The notes beneath the pieces were generated by a model. It did no database searches, was not told where the DNA came from, and was given only the letters and a program-made list of their open reading frames with translations. Shown piece by piece: positions 10,261 through 19,939 of a stretch of 64,000 nt of DNA. Origin of the DNA: Acidobacteriaceae bacterium (lineage in GTDB: Bacteria; Acidobacteriota; Terriglobia; Terriglobales; Acidobacteriaceae); NCBI GenBank assembly GCA_036271955.1, contig DATAZR010000046.1, positions 2,738 through 66,737 on the forward strand, given 5' to 3'. Each line of letters starts with the position of its first letter. The first letter of the stretch is position 1. The translations under genes and the position numbers were made by a program.

Positions 10261-11409
10261 CTGAATTTTCTTGATCGAGTCAAAGCGCGTTCGCAGCCGA
10301 TAGTCTTCCATCCGGCGGTCTTCATCGGCGGCTTTGTCTGCCTGGGTGTGCTGTTCGCACTCCAGAGCTGGGTAAGTGCGCGCACCTGGAGCTACGGTTA
10401 CAAGATCAGCCTTCCGCTTTTGCTGGAGGCGTGGGGTGCACAGTACCTGATCTGGGGCGTACTGTGCTGGCTGCTTTGGTTCTGGCTTGGGCCGCGGCTG
10501 CAGCAGGAGGGGCTGAGCTGGATCCTCACGCGGATTCTTCCTCTTAGCCTTTTGATCAGCATCGGCGAAGAAATGATCTGGGTCCTTTGCTTTCCAGACT
10601 GGCCAATGCGTCATGTGTCCATGACGTACTGGCAACGGCTCGAGTTCGAGCTGGACGGAGAGCTGGTCGACAATCTGCTTATTTTCTGGTGCACCTTCTC
10701 GCTGATTCGCGGCGCGGGGTATTACCAGAAGTATCGAGAGAAAGAGCATGCTGCAGCGCAACTGGAGATTCAGGTGGTACAGGCGCAGATGCGGGCGCTC
10801 AGGATGCAGCTGAATCCGCACTTTCTCTTCAACACGCTGAACGGCATCTCGAGCCTGATGCGCACCGACGTTGCCGGCGCCGACACGATGCTTGAACAAC
10901 TCAGCAGCCTCCTGCGTATCACGTTGGAACGCGGGGAAATCCAACTCATTCCGCTGATCGATGAAATGGAATTTGTAGAAATGTATCTTGCGATTCAGCA
11001 CCAGCGTTACGCCGGCCGTGTGTGCGAACAGATCCGCGTCGAGCCCGAGCTGCACGATGCTCTGGTGCCGGCCATGATTCTGCAGCCAATTATCGAGAAC
11101 GCATACACCCACGGTCTGTCTCTGCTGGATCGAGGAGGCGTCCTCGCAGTCGAGGCGCGGCGCGACAATGGATTGCTGCGGCTCACGGTGCGAAACAATG
11201 GCCTCGGCCTCTATCCGGAATTCACGCGAAACTCCCCAGGGCAGGGAGTTGGACTGGCCAATGTCAGAAATCGCCTGTCTCTCCATTACGGCGATGATCA
11301 GTGCTTTTTTATCGATGCAGTCGACCCAAATACAGTCTTGGTGACGATTATGCTTCCGTTGCAGTTTGCGGAGAGTCCAACAGAAAAGCTAACAGGGTAT
11401 GGTGCGTGA
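10261..11409 (+). CDS. LytS/YehU-family sensor histidine kinase
   Basis: QLNPHFLFNTLN, LQPIIENA, GVGL.NV..RL and N-terminal TMs. First canonical start is 10348; probable CTG start at 10261. Confidence 0.9.
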   Translation: MNFLDRVKARSQPIVFHPAVFIGGFVCLGVLFALQSWVSARTWSYGYKISLPLLLEAWGAQYLIWGVLCWLLWFWLGPRLQQEGLSWILTRILPLSLLISIGEEMIWVLCFPDWPMRHVSMTYWQRLEFELDGELVDNLLIFWCTFSLIRGAGYYQKYREKEHAAAQLEIQVVQAQMRALRMQLNPHFLFNTLNGISSLMRTDVAGADTMLEQLSSLLRITLERGEIQLIPLIDEMEFVEMYLAIQHQRYAGRVCEQIRVEPELHDALVPAMILQPIIENAYTHGLSLLDRGGVLAVEARRDNGLLRLTVRNNGLGLYPEFTRNSPGQGVGLANVRNRLSLHYGDDQCFFIDAVDPNTVLVTIMLPLQFAESPTEKLTGYGA

Positions 11410-12161
11410 TGATCCACGCTGTAGTTGCAGATGATGAGTTGCTGGCCAGACAGAAGTTGCGGCAGTTGCTGCGGGACATTCCCGAAGTCGATGTGATCGG
11501 CGAAAGCGCTACGGCTGCTGAAACCATTGAACTGGTGCGCATGGCCCAGCCGGATGTCCTCTTTCTGGATATTCGGATGCCGGGGATGGATGGCTTCGAT
11601 GTGATCGACGCCTTGGCTTCGGAGCCCTCAGTGCCGATGCCCCGCGTGATTTTCACTACGGCATATGACAGCTATGCGCTTCGCGCTTTTGAGATTCACG
11701 CCGCAGACTATCTGCTGAAGCCATTCACCCTGGAGCGCCTGAATTCGGCGCTGGAGAATGCGCGGCAGCATCTTCAGGCGATGAAGCAGCCTCAGACGCG
11801 AGACGACGAAGGTAAATCCAACGGAAGCCGCTACACCCAGCGCATCGTGTTCAAGTCGCGCGGAAGGATATTGTTCCTGCCTGTCTCTGAGATTCGCTGG
11901 ATTGGGGCAGAAGAAAACTACGTGCGAATCTGCACTCAGTCAGAAACGCACCTGCTGCGCGAGACCATGAGCCACATCGAAGAGAAGCTTGATCCGCAGG
12001 TATTCCTGCGTGTGCATCGCTCTTCGATCGTGAATCTGCAGTACGTCAAGGAAGTGCGGACAGACATCGATGGCGAGTGCATGGTGATGCTGGTCAATGG
12101 ACAGAAAGTGGCTATGAGCCGCAGCTACAGGTCGCGGATTCAGGACTGGCTGCATCGCTGA
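11409..12161 (+). CDS. LytTR-family response regulator
   Basis: REC domain (VADDE, FLDIRMP, YLLKP) plus LytTR (FLRVHRSSIVN, MSRSY); ATG overlaps the kinase stop. Confidence 0.95.
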   Translation: MIHAVVADDELLARQKLRQLLRDIPEVDVIGESATAAETIELVRMAQPDVLFLDIRMPGMDGFDVIDALASEPSVPMPRVIFTTAYDSYALRAFEIHAADYLLKPFTLERLNSALENARQHLQAMKQPQTRDDEGKSNGSRYTQRIVFKSRGRILFLPVSEIRWIGAEENYVRICTQSETHLLRETMSHIEEKLDPQVFLRVHRSSIVNLQYVKEVRTDIDGECMVMLVNGQKVAMSRSYRSRIQDWLHR

Positions 12162-12188
12162 CCGGTTGCGCGAGGGCTCTGTGGCTAC

Positions 12189-14273
12189 TTATGCCAGAGT
12201 CTTGAGACCATCGACGATGGATCGTAGTTCCTTATAGCGGTCAATCAGGTTCTGCGTGTATTCGCCGTAGCGTGGATGATGGAGCAGCTCGGTCTTCGCC
12301 AATTCCACCGATTGTTGGGTAATCGAGATTGCGAACTCTGGAGTCGATTTTTGTAGAACTGCGTCTGTGAGTGCGTGCATGTCGTCTTTGAGACGGAGCC
12401 GAATTTTCATCAAGTCTGGATTGGCAAGGAAATCGGCATCCTCCATCTTGTGCAGCACGGAGATCTCATTCCAGAACAGCGCAACGGCGGTAAGCGCAGC
12501 GCGAAGTATTGTTTCTGATGTTTCCATCTGACGCGCACGGTCTGTGCCAAATTCATATTCGACTACATCGTTCATCGTGCGGATTGCCGCCATGGTCTTG
12601 CCAATATGGTCGCGCAGTACGTCGGTCTGCTGAACCAATACCTCTCGCGTGGGAGCCGATAGCTCGGTCTGAAAGAGGCCGGCTTCGTTGCGGAGGATCG
12701 ACGCCAGAGAGCGGCGCATCGCGGTCACTGTTCGCACAGGCCAAATCTGGTCGAAGACAAACCACATCACAATCAACGCGAGCAGGATTCCGATCAGACG
12801 GTCGCGCGCCGGAGCTAGCTCGGTCGGCGCGTGGAAGTCCTCAAAGGCCACCAGATAGAAGGCGAAACCGATCTGGAGTCCAACGTAACTGAATTGCCTG
12901 CCACCCGCGACCCACGCCGAGATAAATGCGATGACAGCGATCAGAACAGTGAGCGAAGTGATGGAATCCATCTCCGGGAAAACCAATGCAGTGCATCCCA
13001 GGCCGAGAATGAGCCCTCCGATCAATGCTCCCAGCAACCGGAAGGCGGATTTCTGTTTGATGGCGCCGGTAGTGCTTAGGCCGGTGATCAGGACCGTGGT
13101 AACGGAGGTCGAGATTCCGGGCCAGTCCACCGCGAAATAGAGGATGTAGCAAAGCGTGGCGCAAAGACTGATCTTGAGTCCGAATGCCCATGTCTCTATG
13201 TCCTTGAAAGCTCCTGGAATGAGCAATGGAACTTTGCTTGAAGGCAATGCGACGAGCGCTTTATTTCGCTCGGGGCGCAAGTCGTAAGGCATGGATGCAA
13301 TGACATGCAGGTTGATTTCGACGCGATCCAGAAGTGTGAGCTTGCCGGCAGGGCCTGGGTCGGTATATTCCCCATGCTGCACGGGCTCATCATGAAGAAG
13401 GGCTGTACACTCGGTCGCGATCTGCCCACACCTGCGGCGAGTCTCTGGATCGTCCACGGTTGGGTATTGAAAGGCAAATGCTGCGGAGACATCCATCAAT
13501 TGGGCGATCATGGTGATGCGCACGCGTGTTCCAATAGGCAATGTTCCGGTATCCAAGTTGCGGTCTACGATCGTGTTGTAGAGGCGCTGCATGCCGGATT
13601 GGCCGGTTGCGGCAAGGCGCGCGACCTTGATTCCGGCCTCGTGAATCTTCGCTGCATCGGCTCCTTCCGCATAGAGTGTGAACATCGCGATCAGCAATCG
13701 ATAGCGGTTCTGGCGTTCCTCGGTAAGCTGTTTCGCGGGATTCTGCGGAGCGAAGATGTACTCTACGGCAATCGAAGAGCCGACTGCGATGCCGGTGGCG
13801 GCGAGAATCCACAAGGAACCTTTTACCAGCGAGTCTGCTGACGCATGCTTCTCCCACAGCGCTATCAGGGTGCAGAAGATGAAGCCCCACATCGAAGCCA
13901 GTGTAGGCAATGTCGAAGCGGCCACGAATAAGCCTGCCAGAAATGAGACTACCGCCACGCCGATCACTCGGGCCATCGGATCGTTGTCAGTAAGGGCGAC
14001 CACGCTAATTTCCGTGGCCACGGCGAATGCAAGCGTCAGCATCGACATCACGCCGGAACGGAGTGAGACCGATGGACTGTCGCGGCCCACAACGAAGACA
14101 AAGAAGAGTGCAATCGAAGCGAAGGGAACCTGCCACACGAGCAGACATATCAGGGTGATGACAGTGGCCAGCACAATGCGCAGCGAAGCACCCAACCTAC
14201 CCGGAGTTGGCTGCAGATCGAGCCAGATTCTCCGCGCCCAACTTGCGCTTGGATTTGCAACGGTTGTGGCCAT
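12189..14273 (-). CDS. FUSC-family efflux membrane protein (MdtO-like)
   Basis: LQPTPGR N-terminus, two TM clusters separated by a helical domain, ARDRLIGILL motif; operon with HlyD, YtcA and TolC genes. Confidence 0.85.
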   Translation of the reverse strand: MATTVANPSASWARRIWLDLQPTPGRLGASLRIVLATVITLICLLVWQVPFASIALFFVFVVGRDSPSVSLRSGVMSMLTLAFAVATEISVVALTDNDPMARVIGVAVVSFLAGLFVAASTLPTLASMWGFIFCTLIALWEKHASADSLVKGSLWILAATGIAVGSSIAVEYIFAPQNPAKQLTEERQNRYRLLIAMFTLYAEGADAAKIHEAGIKVARLAATGQSGMQRLYNTIVDRNLDTGTLPIGTRVRITMIAQLMDVSAAFAFQYPTVDDPETRRRCGQIATECTALLHDEPVQHGEYTDPGPAGKLTLLDRVEINLHVIASMPYDLRPERNKALVALPSSKVPLLIPGAFKDIETWAFGLKISLCATLCYILYFAVDWPGISTSVTTVLITGLSTTGAIKQKSAFRLLGALIGGLILGLGCTALVFPEMDSITSLTVLIAVIAFISAWVAGGRQFSYVGLQIGFAFYLVAFEDFHAPTELAPARDRLIGILLALIVMWFVFDQIWPVRTVTAMRRSLASILRNEAGLFQTELSAPTREVLVQQTDVLRDHIGKTMAAIRTMNDVVEYEFGTDRARQMETSETILRAALTAVALFWNEISVLHKMEDADFLANPDLMKIRLRLKDDMHALTDAVLQKSTPEFAISITQQSVELAKTELLHHPRYGEYTQNLIDRYKELRSIVDGLKTLA

Positions 14274-14278
14274 CGAAT

Positions 14279-15505
14279 CTACCTCACCACGGTGACTGCC
14301 GTGGCGCCGATACGAAAGAGTGCGGGGTCAGGATTCTCGACACGAACGCGGACCGGAAACCGTGAAGAGAGATGAACCCAGTTCAAGGTGCGTTCGATAT
14401 CCGGCAAGCCGGAAGCGCTCTTACCGTCCTCGGGAAAGACGCCGTAGCCGATACTCTCAACGACTCCATCGAAGCTGCGATCCGGATGCCCCATCAGGTA
14501 GACATCGACATGTGATCCGAGATGAATGTTCTTGAGCTTGGATTCGCGGTAGTTTGCGATCACATACCAGGTACGTGTGTCGATCAGGGTAAATATCGGC
14601 ACGCCGGGATGGGCGTATGCGCCTTCGGAGATATTCAGGTTGGTCACGTAGGCATCAAACGGCGATACCACGCGGCAGCGCTCCAGATCGAGCCGCGCGC
14701 TGTCCACCTTTGCCGCTCTGGCCGGCCGCTGCGACTTCAACGTGTCGAGCGTGTCGACGGTATGGATCGCCTGTCCGAGCCTGGCCTGTGCCTCTGTAGC
14801 TGTTGCGTCGGCTTCCTGCTGGCGCAATGTTGCCTGTGTCTGTTGCGCCTGCGCCTGCACCAGCGCAGCTTGCGACTCGTCGTAGTTGCCTTGAGCAACA
14901 TTCAATGCAGTGCGCACCTGATCGACCTGCTCGACTGTGACGTACTGCTTCTTGAGTAGCGGTTCGATGCGAGCAAGATTGTGAGTCGCGAGGTCGAGCT
15001 GAGCCTTGGCTGCCGTTGCCGCAGCTTCGGCTCGAACTACCGTTGCCCTGGCCACATCGATGCTGCTTCCGGCAGTCTTGACGCCGGTTGTGGATTGATG
15101 GACACCGGCCTTGGCGGCATCCACTGCGCTGTGTTCGGCAGCAATTCTGCGTTCCTCATCGACGATCTGTTGCTCCAGAGCTTCCTGGTCGGAAAGAGCC
15201 TGCTCCAGCGCATATTTGTAAGGTCGTGGATCGATCTCAAACAGCAGTCCGCCCTTCTTGACATAGGCGTTGTCCTTCACCGGCAGTTGAACCAGCAGCC
15301 CGCTCACCTCCGGTGTGATACCGATGAAGTTGGCCCTTACACTGGCGTCGTCGGTGCGCGGGTGAACATCGGTAAGCCAGATAGCCAGCAGCAGCGACAC
15401 GATCGCACCTGCGACGACGCCTCTTCCTATCCATTGACCAACACGTTTGCGCTTGAGCGCATCCATTGGCTCACCTGTCGCGGAGTTCTCGATAGCCGCA
15501 TCCAT
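14279..15505 (-). CDS. HlyD-family membrane fusion protein (MdtN-like)
   Basis: PRTDDA, ITPEVSG, VKKG.LLFEIDP, coiled coil, WVHLSSRFPVRV; AGGAGG SD before ATG 15505. Confidence 0.9.
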   Translation of the reverse strand: MDAAIENSATGEPMDALKRKRVGQWIGRGVVAGAIVSLLLAIWLTDVHPRTDDASVRANFIGITPEVSGLLVQLPVKDNAYVKKGGLLFEIDPRPYKYALEQALSDQEALEQQIVDEERRIAAEHSAVDAAKAGVHQSTTGVKTAGSSIDVARATVVRAEAAATAAKAQLDLATHNLARIEPLLKKQYVTVEQVDQVRTALNVAQGNYDESQAALVQAQAQQTQATLRQQEADATATEAQARLGQAIHTVDTLDTLKSQRPARAAKVDSARLDLERCRVVSPFDAYVTNLNISEGAYAHPGVPIFTLIDTRTWYVIANYRESKLKNIHLGSHVDVYLMGHPDRSFDGVVESIGYGVFPEDGKSASGLPDIERTLNWVHLSSRFPVRVRVENPDPALFRIGATAVTVVR

Positions 15506-15515
15506 ACGCATCCTC

Positions 15516-15791
15516 CTATCGATAAAAAATGAGCCACAATACGCTAGTGAATAAAATTACGGAGCAGGGATAAAAGAGCGCTAGAGGGCCGACTTGCTGC
15601 TCCATCTTGTAGCGAAGCAGCAGATAGCGGACTCCGAATGTAAGCACCACCGCTGTTGCGAGACACACCATCCACACAGGAAAGAAGGAGCCGATGATGT
15701 CGACCGAAGGCGCACGTCCGCAGCCTGCCAAAGCCAGGCTTGCGCCGAGCATGGCTGTTGTCGCCAGTGGATTGAAAACGCGCTTCGTCAT
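15516..15791 (-). CDS. YtcA-family small lipoprotein/membrane protein
   Basis: LAGC lipobox followed by APSVDIIGSFFPVW, typical of YtcA; located in an mdtNO context. Confidence 0.85.
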   Translation of the reverse strand: MTKRVFNPLATTAMLGASLALAGCGRAPSVDIIGSFFPVWMVCLATAVVLTFGVRYLLLRYKMEQQVGPLALFYPCSVILFTSVLWLIFYR

Positions 15792-17371
15792 GGCTCTTTA
15801 CCTTCCTGTGTGCGTGTCGCCGAGGGTTGCTTGCGCAGCAGATTTCCAGTCACGAATTCGAGGTTGACCGCCTGCAGAAAAAGCTCCGATCGCGCCGATA
15901 CACCGGAGAGTCGTGCCTGTGCGAGCTGCTTCTCCGCGGTCACCACATCGATGAGATTTTTCACTCCATATTTGTAAGCATCGAGAGATGCGGAGTAGGA
16001 CGAGTTTGCGGATTCCAGCAGCGCCTGTGCCGCTTCCTGCTTGCGTGTCGCTGTGCGGAAACCGATGTACGCGGTCCACACCTCGCGAATGGCGGCATCC
16101 TGCTTCTCGCGCATTTCGTCCCGCGCTTCGCGGCCCTTGGATCGCGCGACCGCAAGCTCATTCTTTCGAGCACCGCCATCGAAGAGCCGCCACTCCACGC
16201 CAAGCTGGACAGACCATGTCGGCTCGCTCGCCTGGCCTAACTTGCCAAAATCGACTGTAGGCCAGACTGAGGTCTGAGCGCCGACAGCAGACAGCCCTAC
16301 GCTGGGGAGATATTCCGACTTGACAGCACGCGCTTCCTGATCGGCGGCGCGAATCTCCGAGGCCTGTGCCGCAAGGTCGGGCCGATTTGCGGTTGCGCGG
16401 TCGATCAAGGCTTCGATGGTCATGGTCAGCGACTGCGGCAGTGGCGCTTTCTCCTGTCCATCGATCGTGATATCGGGCGATGGCTCGGCGCCCACGGATT
16501 CGGTCAGTGTGACCCGGGCTACCTTTTCGTCCCCCTCGGCCGATGCCAGGTCAAAGACGGCCTGCGCTGTTTCAGCCTTCGCGTTCAGCACATCGGGCAG
16601 TGTGGATCGGCCATTGTTCAGCTGTGCCTCAGCGGCGTCCTGCGTGGTCTGGGCAGTCTTCAACGTTTCCTGAGACGCGGTAAGACGCTCCTGCGCAGTG
16701 ATCAGCTTGTAGTAAGCAGTGGCAACCTGGAAAGCGACCTGCTGATTGGCTCGAATGAAGTTCGCACCTGCAGCAATCTTTTCAGCGCTCGCCGCGTCGA
16801 TCTTTCCTGCCCTTTTGCCGAAGTCGAACAGGAGATAATCGAGCGTAATCTCAGGCACGACGGCAGGCACTTCGACCATCGTGTATCCACGCGGCGCGAG
16901 CGGCTCAGGAAATGGCGAGATGATGCGCTGATCCGCAAATGCCGCCAGCCCGGAGAGCACCGGGAAGTAAGCGCTTCTGGCGATGCCCAGACGCTCGGCA
17001 GCCTGTCGCGCGCGTTCCCACGCAATATGTGTCTGGGGATTGTTGGATTCGGCGACGTCGATAAGCTCGGCAAGGGAGTATGTGTGAGCTGAATCGATCG
17101 CCGCGGCTTTATCCATCGGGAAACCACGGCGTGCGCACTCGGCAACGGCAGCCGCGGTCGTGGCCAACCCCTCGCATTGCGAGTAAGACGTGCGAACTAT
17201 ACTCACGATGCCCAGCAGCGCAAGGCAGCAGAGGACTGCGCGAGGCAGTAGCCTTTGTGTTCTGCTTGTCTTGGCAAATATGCGGGTGGGGAACATAGCC
17301 GGCGCAAGCCAGACCTTTCGTAGTGCGGGATAGTGATGGGAACTGGTTCCAGCTAAAACCTGCGAAAACAA
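15788..17371 (-). CDS. TolC-family outer-membrane efflux protein
   Basis: Two OEP repeats (AESNNP, YFPVL, LFDFG/LFDGG, YKYG..NLIDV). Real start probably downstream of 17371. Confidence 0.88.
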   Translation of the reverse strand: MFSQVLAGTSSHHYPALRKVWLAPAMFPTRIFAKTSRTQRLLPRAVLCCLALLGIVSIVRTSYSQCEGLATTAAAVAECARRGFPMDKAAAIDSAHTYSLAELIDVAESNNPQTHIAWERARQAAERLGIARSAYFPVLSGLAAFADQRIISPFPEPLAPRGYTMVEVPAVVPEITLDYLLFDFGKRAGKIDAASAEKIAAGANFIRANQQVAFQVATAYYKLITAQERLTASQETLKTAQTTQDAAEAQLNNGRSTLPDVLNAKAETAQAVFDLASAEGDEKVARVTLTESVGAEPSPDITIDGQEKAPLPQSLTMTIEALIDRATANRPDLAAQASEIRAADQEARAVKSEYLPSVGLSAVGAQTSVWPTVDFGKLGQASEPTWSVQLGVEWRLFDGGARKNELAVARSKGREARDEMREKQDAAIREVWTAYIGFRTATRKQEAAQALLESANSSYSASLDAYKYGVKNLIDVVTAEKQLAQARLSGVSARSELFLQAVNLEFVTGNLLRKQPSATRTQEGKEP

Positions 17372-17707
17372 TCGCAGAATAGGCGGCGAAAATCAAGCCC
17401 GGTTCAGGGGATGCGCGGCTGCAATTGTGATCGTAGTTTTCCCGAAGAGCTTGCTATTTTCTTTGAGAAGCGAGCAGCTGCTTTTCCGGTCGGGATGAGA
17501 AGCCCTGATCGTTGTTCCGCTTTGCGGGACATGAAACGATTGTTGCTGTAGCGTGCCATTGCCATTATGGCGCACATTGAAAGATGCGCAAGCCTTTGCC
17601 TGCGTTGACAAGAGAGCCGGCAAGCGGGAACAATGCTCTTCGCTTCACCGGTATTCCCGATCCGCACGCTGCAAGCGCATCGGTCAGGAGGGATTACTCG
17701 ACAAAGC

Positions 17708-18472
17708 ATGGCAATTCTCGATCGCTTTCGTTTGGATAGAAAACTGGCGCTGGTTACAGGAGCCGCGGACGGCCTGGGCGCGGCAATCGCCGTAGCATTG
17801 GCCGAGGCAGGAGCTTCGGTTGCCTGCCACGGCAATCGGCGTCCGGCAAACGGAACCGCCGAACGGATTGCCGCGTCGGGCCGCGAGGCAAAAAGCTTCA
17901 GCGCCGATCTCAGCCTGCCCGATGGTGCCGACCGGCTCTACGATTCGGTAGCGAATGCAATGGGACATCCGGAAATTCTGATCAACAACGCAGGCATGAT
18001 CTATCGCGATGCCGCCGAGAACTACGATCTGCAGAGCTGGATGATGGTCCTGCAGGTCAATCTCAATAGTGTTTTTCGCCTGTCGCAGCTTGCCGGCAAG
18101 CAGATGTTGGAGCAGCAGTCGGGCAAGATCGTCAACATCGCGTCCCTGCTGTCGTTTCAGGGCGGCATGCGCGTACCGGCCTATGCTGCATCGAAGGGTG
18201 GAGTCGCTCAGCTGACCAAGGCGCTGGCCAACGAGTGGGCAGGCCGCAACGTCCAGGTGAACGCTATCGCCCCAGGGTATTTCCGGACGGAGAATACTTC
18301 GGCGCTGCAAAGGGACGAGACACGCAACCGGCAGATACTGGAACGCATCCCGTCGGGACGATGGGGCGAACCGGAGGACATTGCCGGAGCCGCGGTGTTT
18401 TTGTCCTCCCAGGCAAGCAATTACATCACAGGGGAAGTTCTGGTTGTCGATGGCGGCTGGATGTCGCGTTAG
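17708..18472 (+). CDS. kduD: 2-dehydro-3-deoxy-D-gluconate 5-dehydrogenase (SDR)
   Basis: TGAADGLG, NNAG, ASLLSFQGGMRVPAYAASKGG, ILERIPSGRWG and VDGGW. Confidence 0.85.
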   Translation: MAILDRFRLDRKLALVTGAADGLGAAIAVALAEAGASVACHGNRRPANGTAERIAASGREAKSFSADLSLPDGADRLYDSVANAMGHPEILINNAGMIYRDAAENYDLQSWMMVLQVNLNSVFRLSQLAGKQMLEQQSGKIVNIASLLSFQGGMRVPAYAASKGGVAQLTKALANEWAGRNVQVNAIAPGYFRTENTSALQRDETRNRQILERIPSGRWGEPEDIAGAAVFLSSQASNYITGEVLVVDGGWMSR

Positions 18473-18499
18473 TTCGAGTCTTGATTGAAAGGAAGCTGC

Positions 18500-18844
18500 A
18501 TGTCAGCCAAAGAGATGATGCCGGTACGCCTTGAGGATCGCGAGCCATCCACGCCGGAAGCCGGATTGCTGAGGCAGGTGCTGGCAACCAGCGAAAGCCT
18601 CATGCTGGTCAGGCACCTCATGGAGAGTGGATGGGTAGGCGCAAGACATAGCCATCCACATGAGCAGATGGTGTACGTGATTCAAGGCCATCTTCAGTTC
18701 GTCTGCGGCGAAGTCACCTTCGACGCGCGAGCCGGTGACAGCTTTATCGTTCCGGGCAATGTCGAGCACCAGGCGCGAGCTCTTGAGCCATCCGAAGTCC
18801 TGGATGTCTTTCATCCTTACCGAGAGGATTACGCCCAAAGTTGA
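18500..18844 (+). CDS. Cupin, KdgF-like
   Basis: HSHPHEQ...GDSF..P.NVEH...LDVF.P.RED matches KdgF; lies between kduD and a lyase. Confidence 0.8.
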   Translation: MSAKEMMPVRLEDREPSTPEAGLLRQVLATSESLMLVRHLMESGWVGARHSHPHEQMVYVIQGHLQFVCGEVTFDARAGDSFIVPGNVEHQARALEPSEVLDVFHPYREDYAQS

Positions 18845-19902
18845 ATGGGCTGGGCGTTCTGATGCGACTATGCTTCTTGCTGCTTCCTGCTGTTTTCCCG
18901 CTGCTGGCGGGCGCCGCTGAGACCTTGCAATCTCCCTGGGACGCCAAACCCATTGTCGTTACCGATGCTGCCTATCTGTGTCCTGAGGTCGTGCATCTCT
19001 CACGAGATCTGACGACCGACCGTTTCTATTCCGACAGCAAGTCGTCGGTCATCGATCCGGAGTTGTGGAAGGCCTATGTGGCGACCTCCGGTCCCTACAA
19101 GCAGCTGGGACAGCAGATCGTGGATGCCGCGGATGACTTTCGCACCACGGGGAGCCGGGCGGCGGCGGAGTGCGCTATCCAGCACATGACGGCGGCTGCG
19201 AAAGAGGGCGTCTTTACCGGCAAGATGTCCTCCAATCAGGCCTACTATGTGCAGGGATGGGTGATCGGCGCCATCGCGATTGCCTATCTCAAAGTCCGGG
19301 GCAGTGGAATCGTCTCGGCTGAAGAACAACACGCGATTCTTCCCTGGATCGAGCAGGTAGTGCTTCAAACCACCGACTACTACGATGTGCGGCGAGCCAA
19401 GGCCACTGGCGATGCCATGAACAACCATCTCTACTGGGCTGGAGTCGAAGTCGCCGCCGCCGGCATCGCCGCCAACAACCGCACTCTCTTTGACTGGGGA
19501 ATAGCCACCTACGAGATAGGCGTCGCGCAGATTCAGCCCGATGGTGTCCTTCCGCAGGAGATGCGCCGCGGCCAGCGTGCGCTGCACTATCACCTCTTTG
19601 CGCTCTCCCCGCTCGTGTACCTCGCCGAGTTTGGAGAAGTAAACGGCCTTCATCTTTATGCCATGCATGACTTCGCTTTGAAGAAGCTGGCCATTCTCTC
19701 GACGCAAGGGCTCATCGATAACAGCTTCTTCGCAAAGGCAGCGGGGGTGGCGCAGGATACGCCCAACGGCCCTCCCACGGCAGAGGAGATCAGCTGGGCT
19801 CCGATCTATGTCGCGCGCTTTCCATCCCCGGGTATCTCCGGCCTGATCGGCAAGGCACATTCGCTAAGCTACATGTATCTCGGAGGGCTGCCTCCGGGAT
19901 AG
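18841..19902 (+). CDS. Secreted alginate lyase-family polysaccharide lyase (PL5-like)
   Basis: Signal peptide, catalytic NNHLYW motif, G.LP.E..RG.RALHYH, C-terminal YLGG. Start is 18841 or 18862. Confidence 0.85.
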   Translation: MNGLGVLMRLCFLLLPAVFPLLAGAAETLQSPWDAKPIVVTDAAYLCPEVVHLSRDLTTDRFYSDSKSSVIDPELWKAYVATSGPYKQLGQQIVDAADDFRTTGSRAAAECAIQHMTAAAKEGVFTGKMSSNQAYYVQGWVIGAIAIAYLKVRGSGIVSAEEQHAILPWIEQVVLQTTDYYDVRRAKATGDAMNNHLYWAGVEVAAAGIAANNRTLFDWGIATYEIGVAQIQPDGVLPQEMRRGQRALHYHLFALSPLVYLAEFGEVNGLHLYAMHDFALKKLAILSTQGLIDNSFFAKAAGVAQDTPNGPPTAEEISWAPIYVARFPSPGISGLIGKAHSLSYMYLGGLPPG

Positions 19903-19939
19903 GTCGCCGCGAGCGGAACCAGAAAATCGAGGAAAAACA

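Noticed and set aside
17530-17550. KdgR box upstream of kduD
   Set aside because: Only the ATGAAAC half matches; the right arm is not palindromic.
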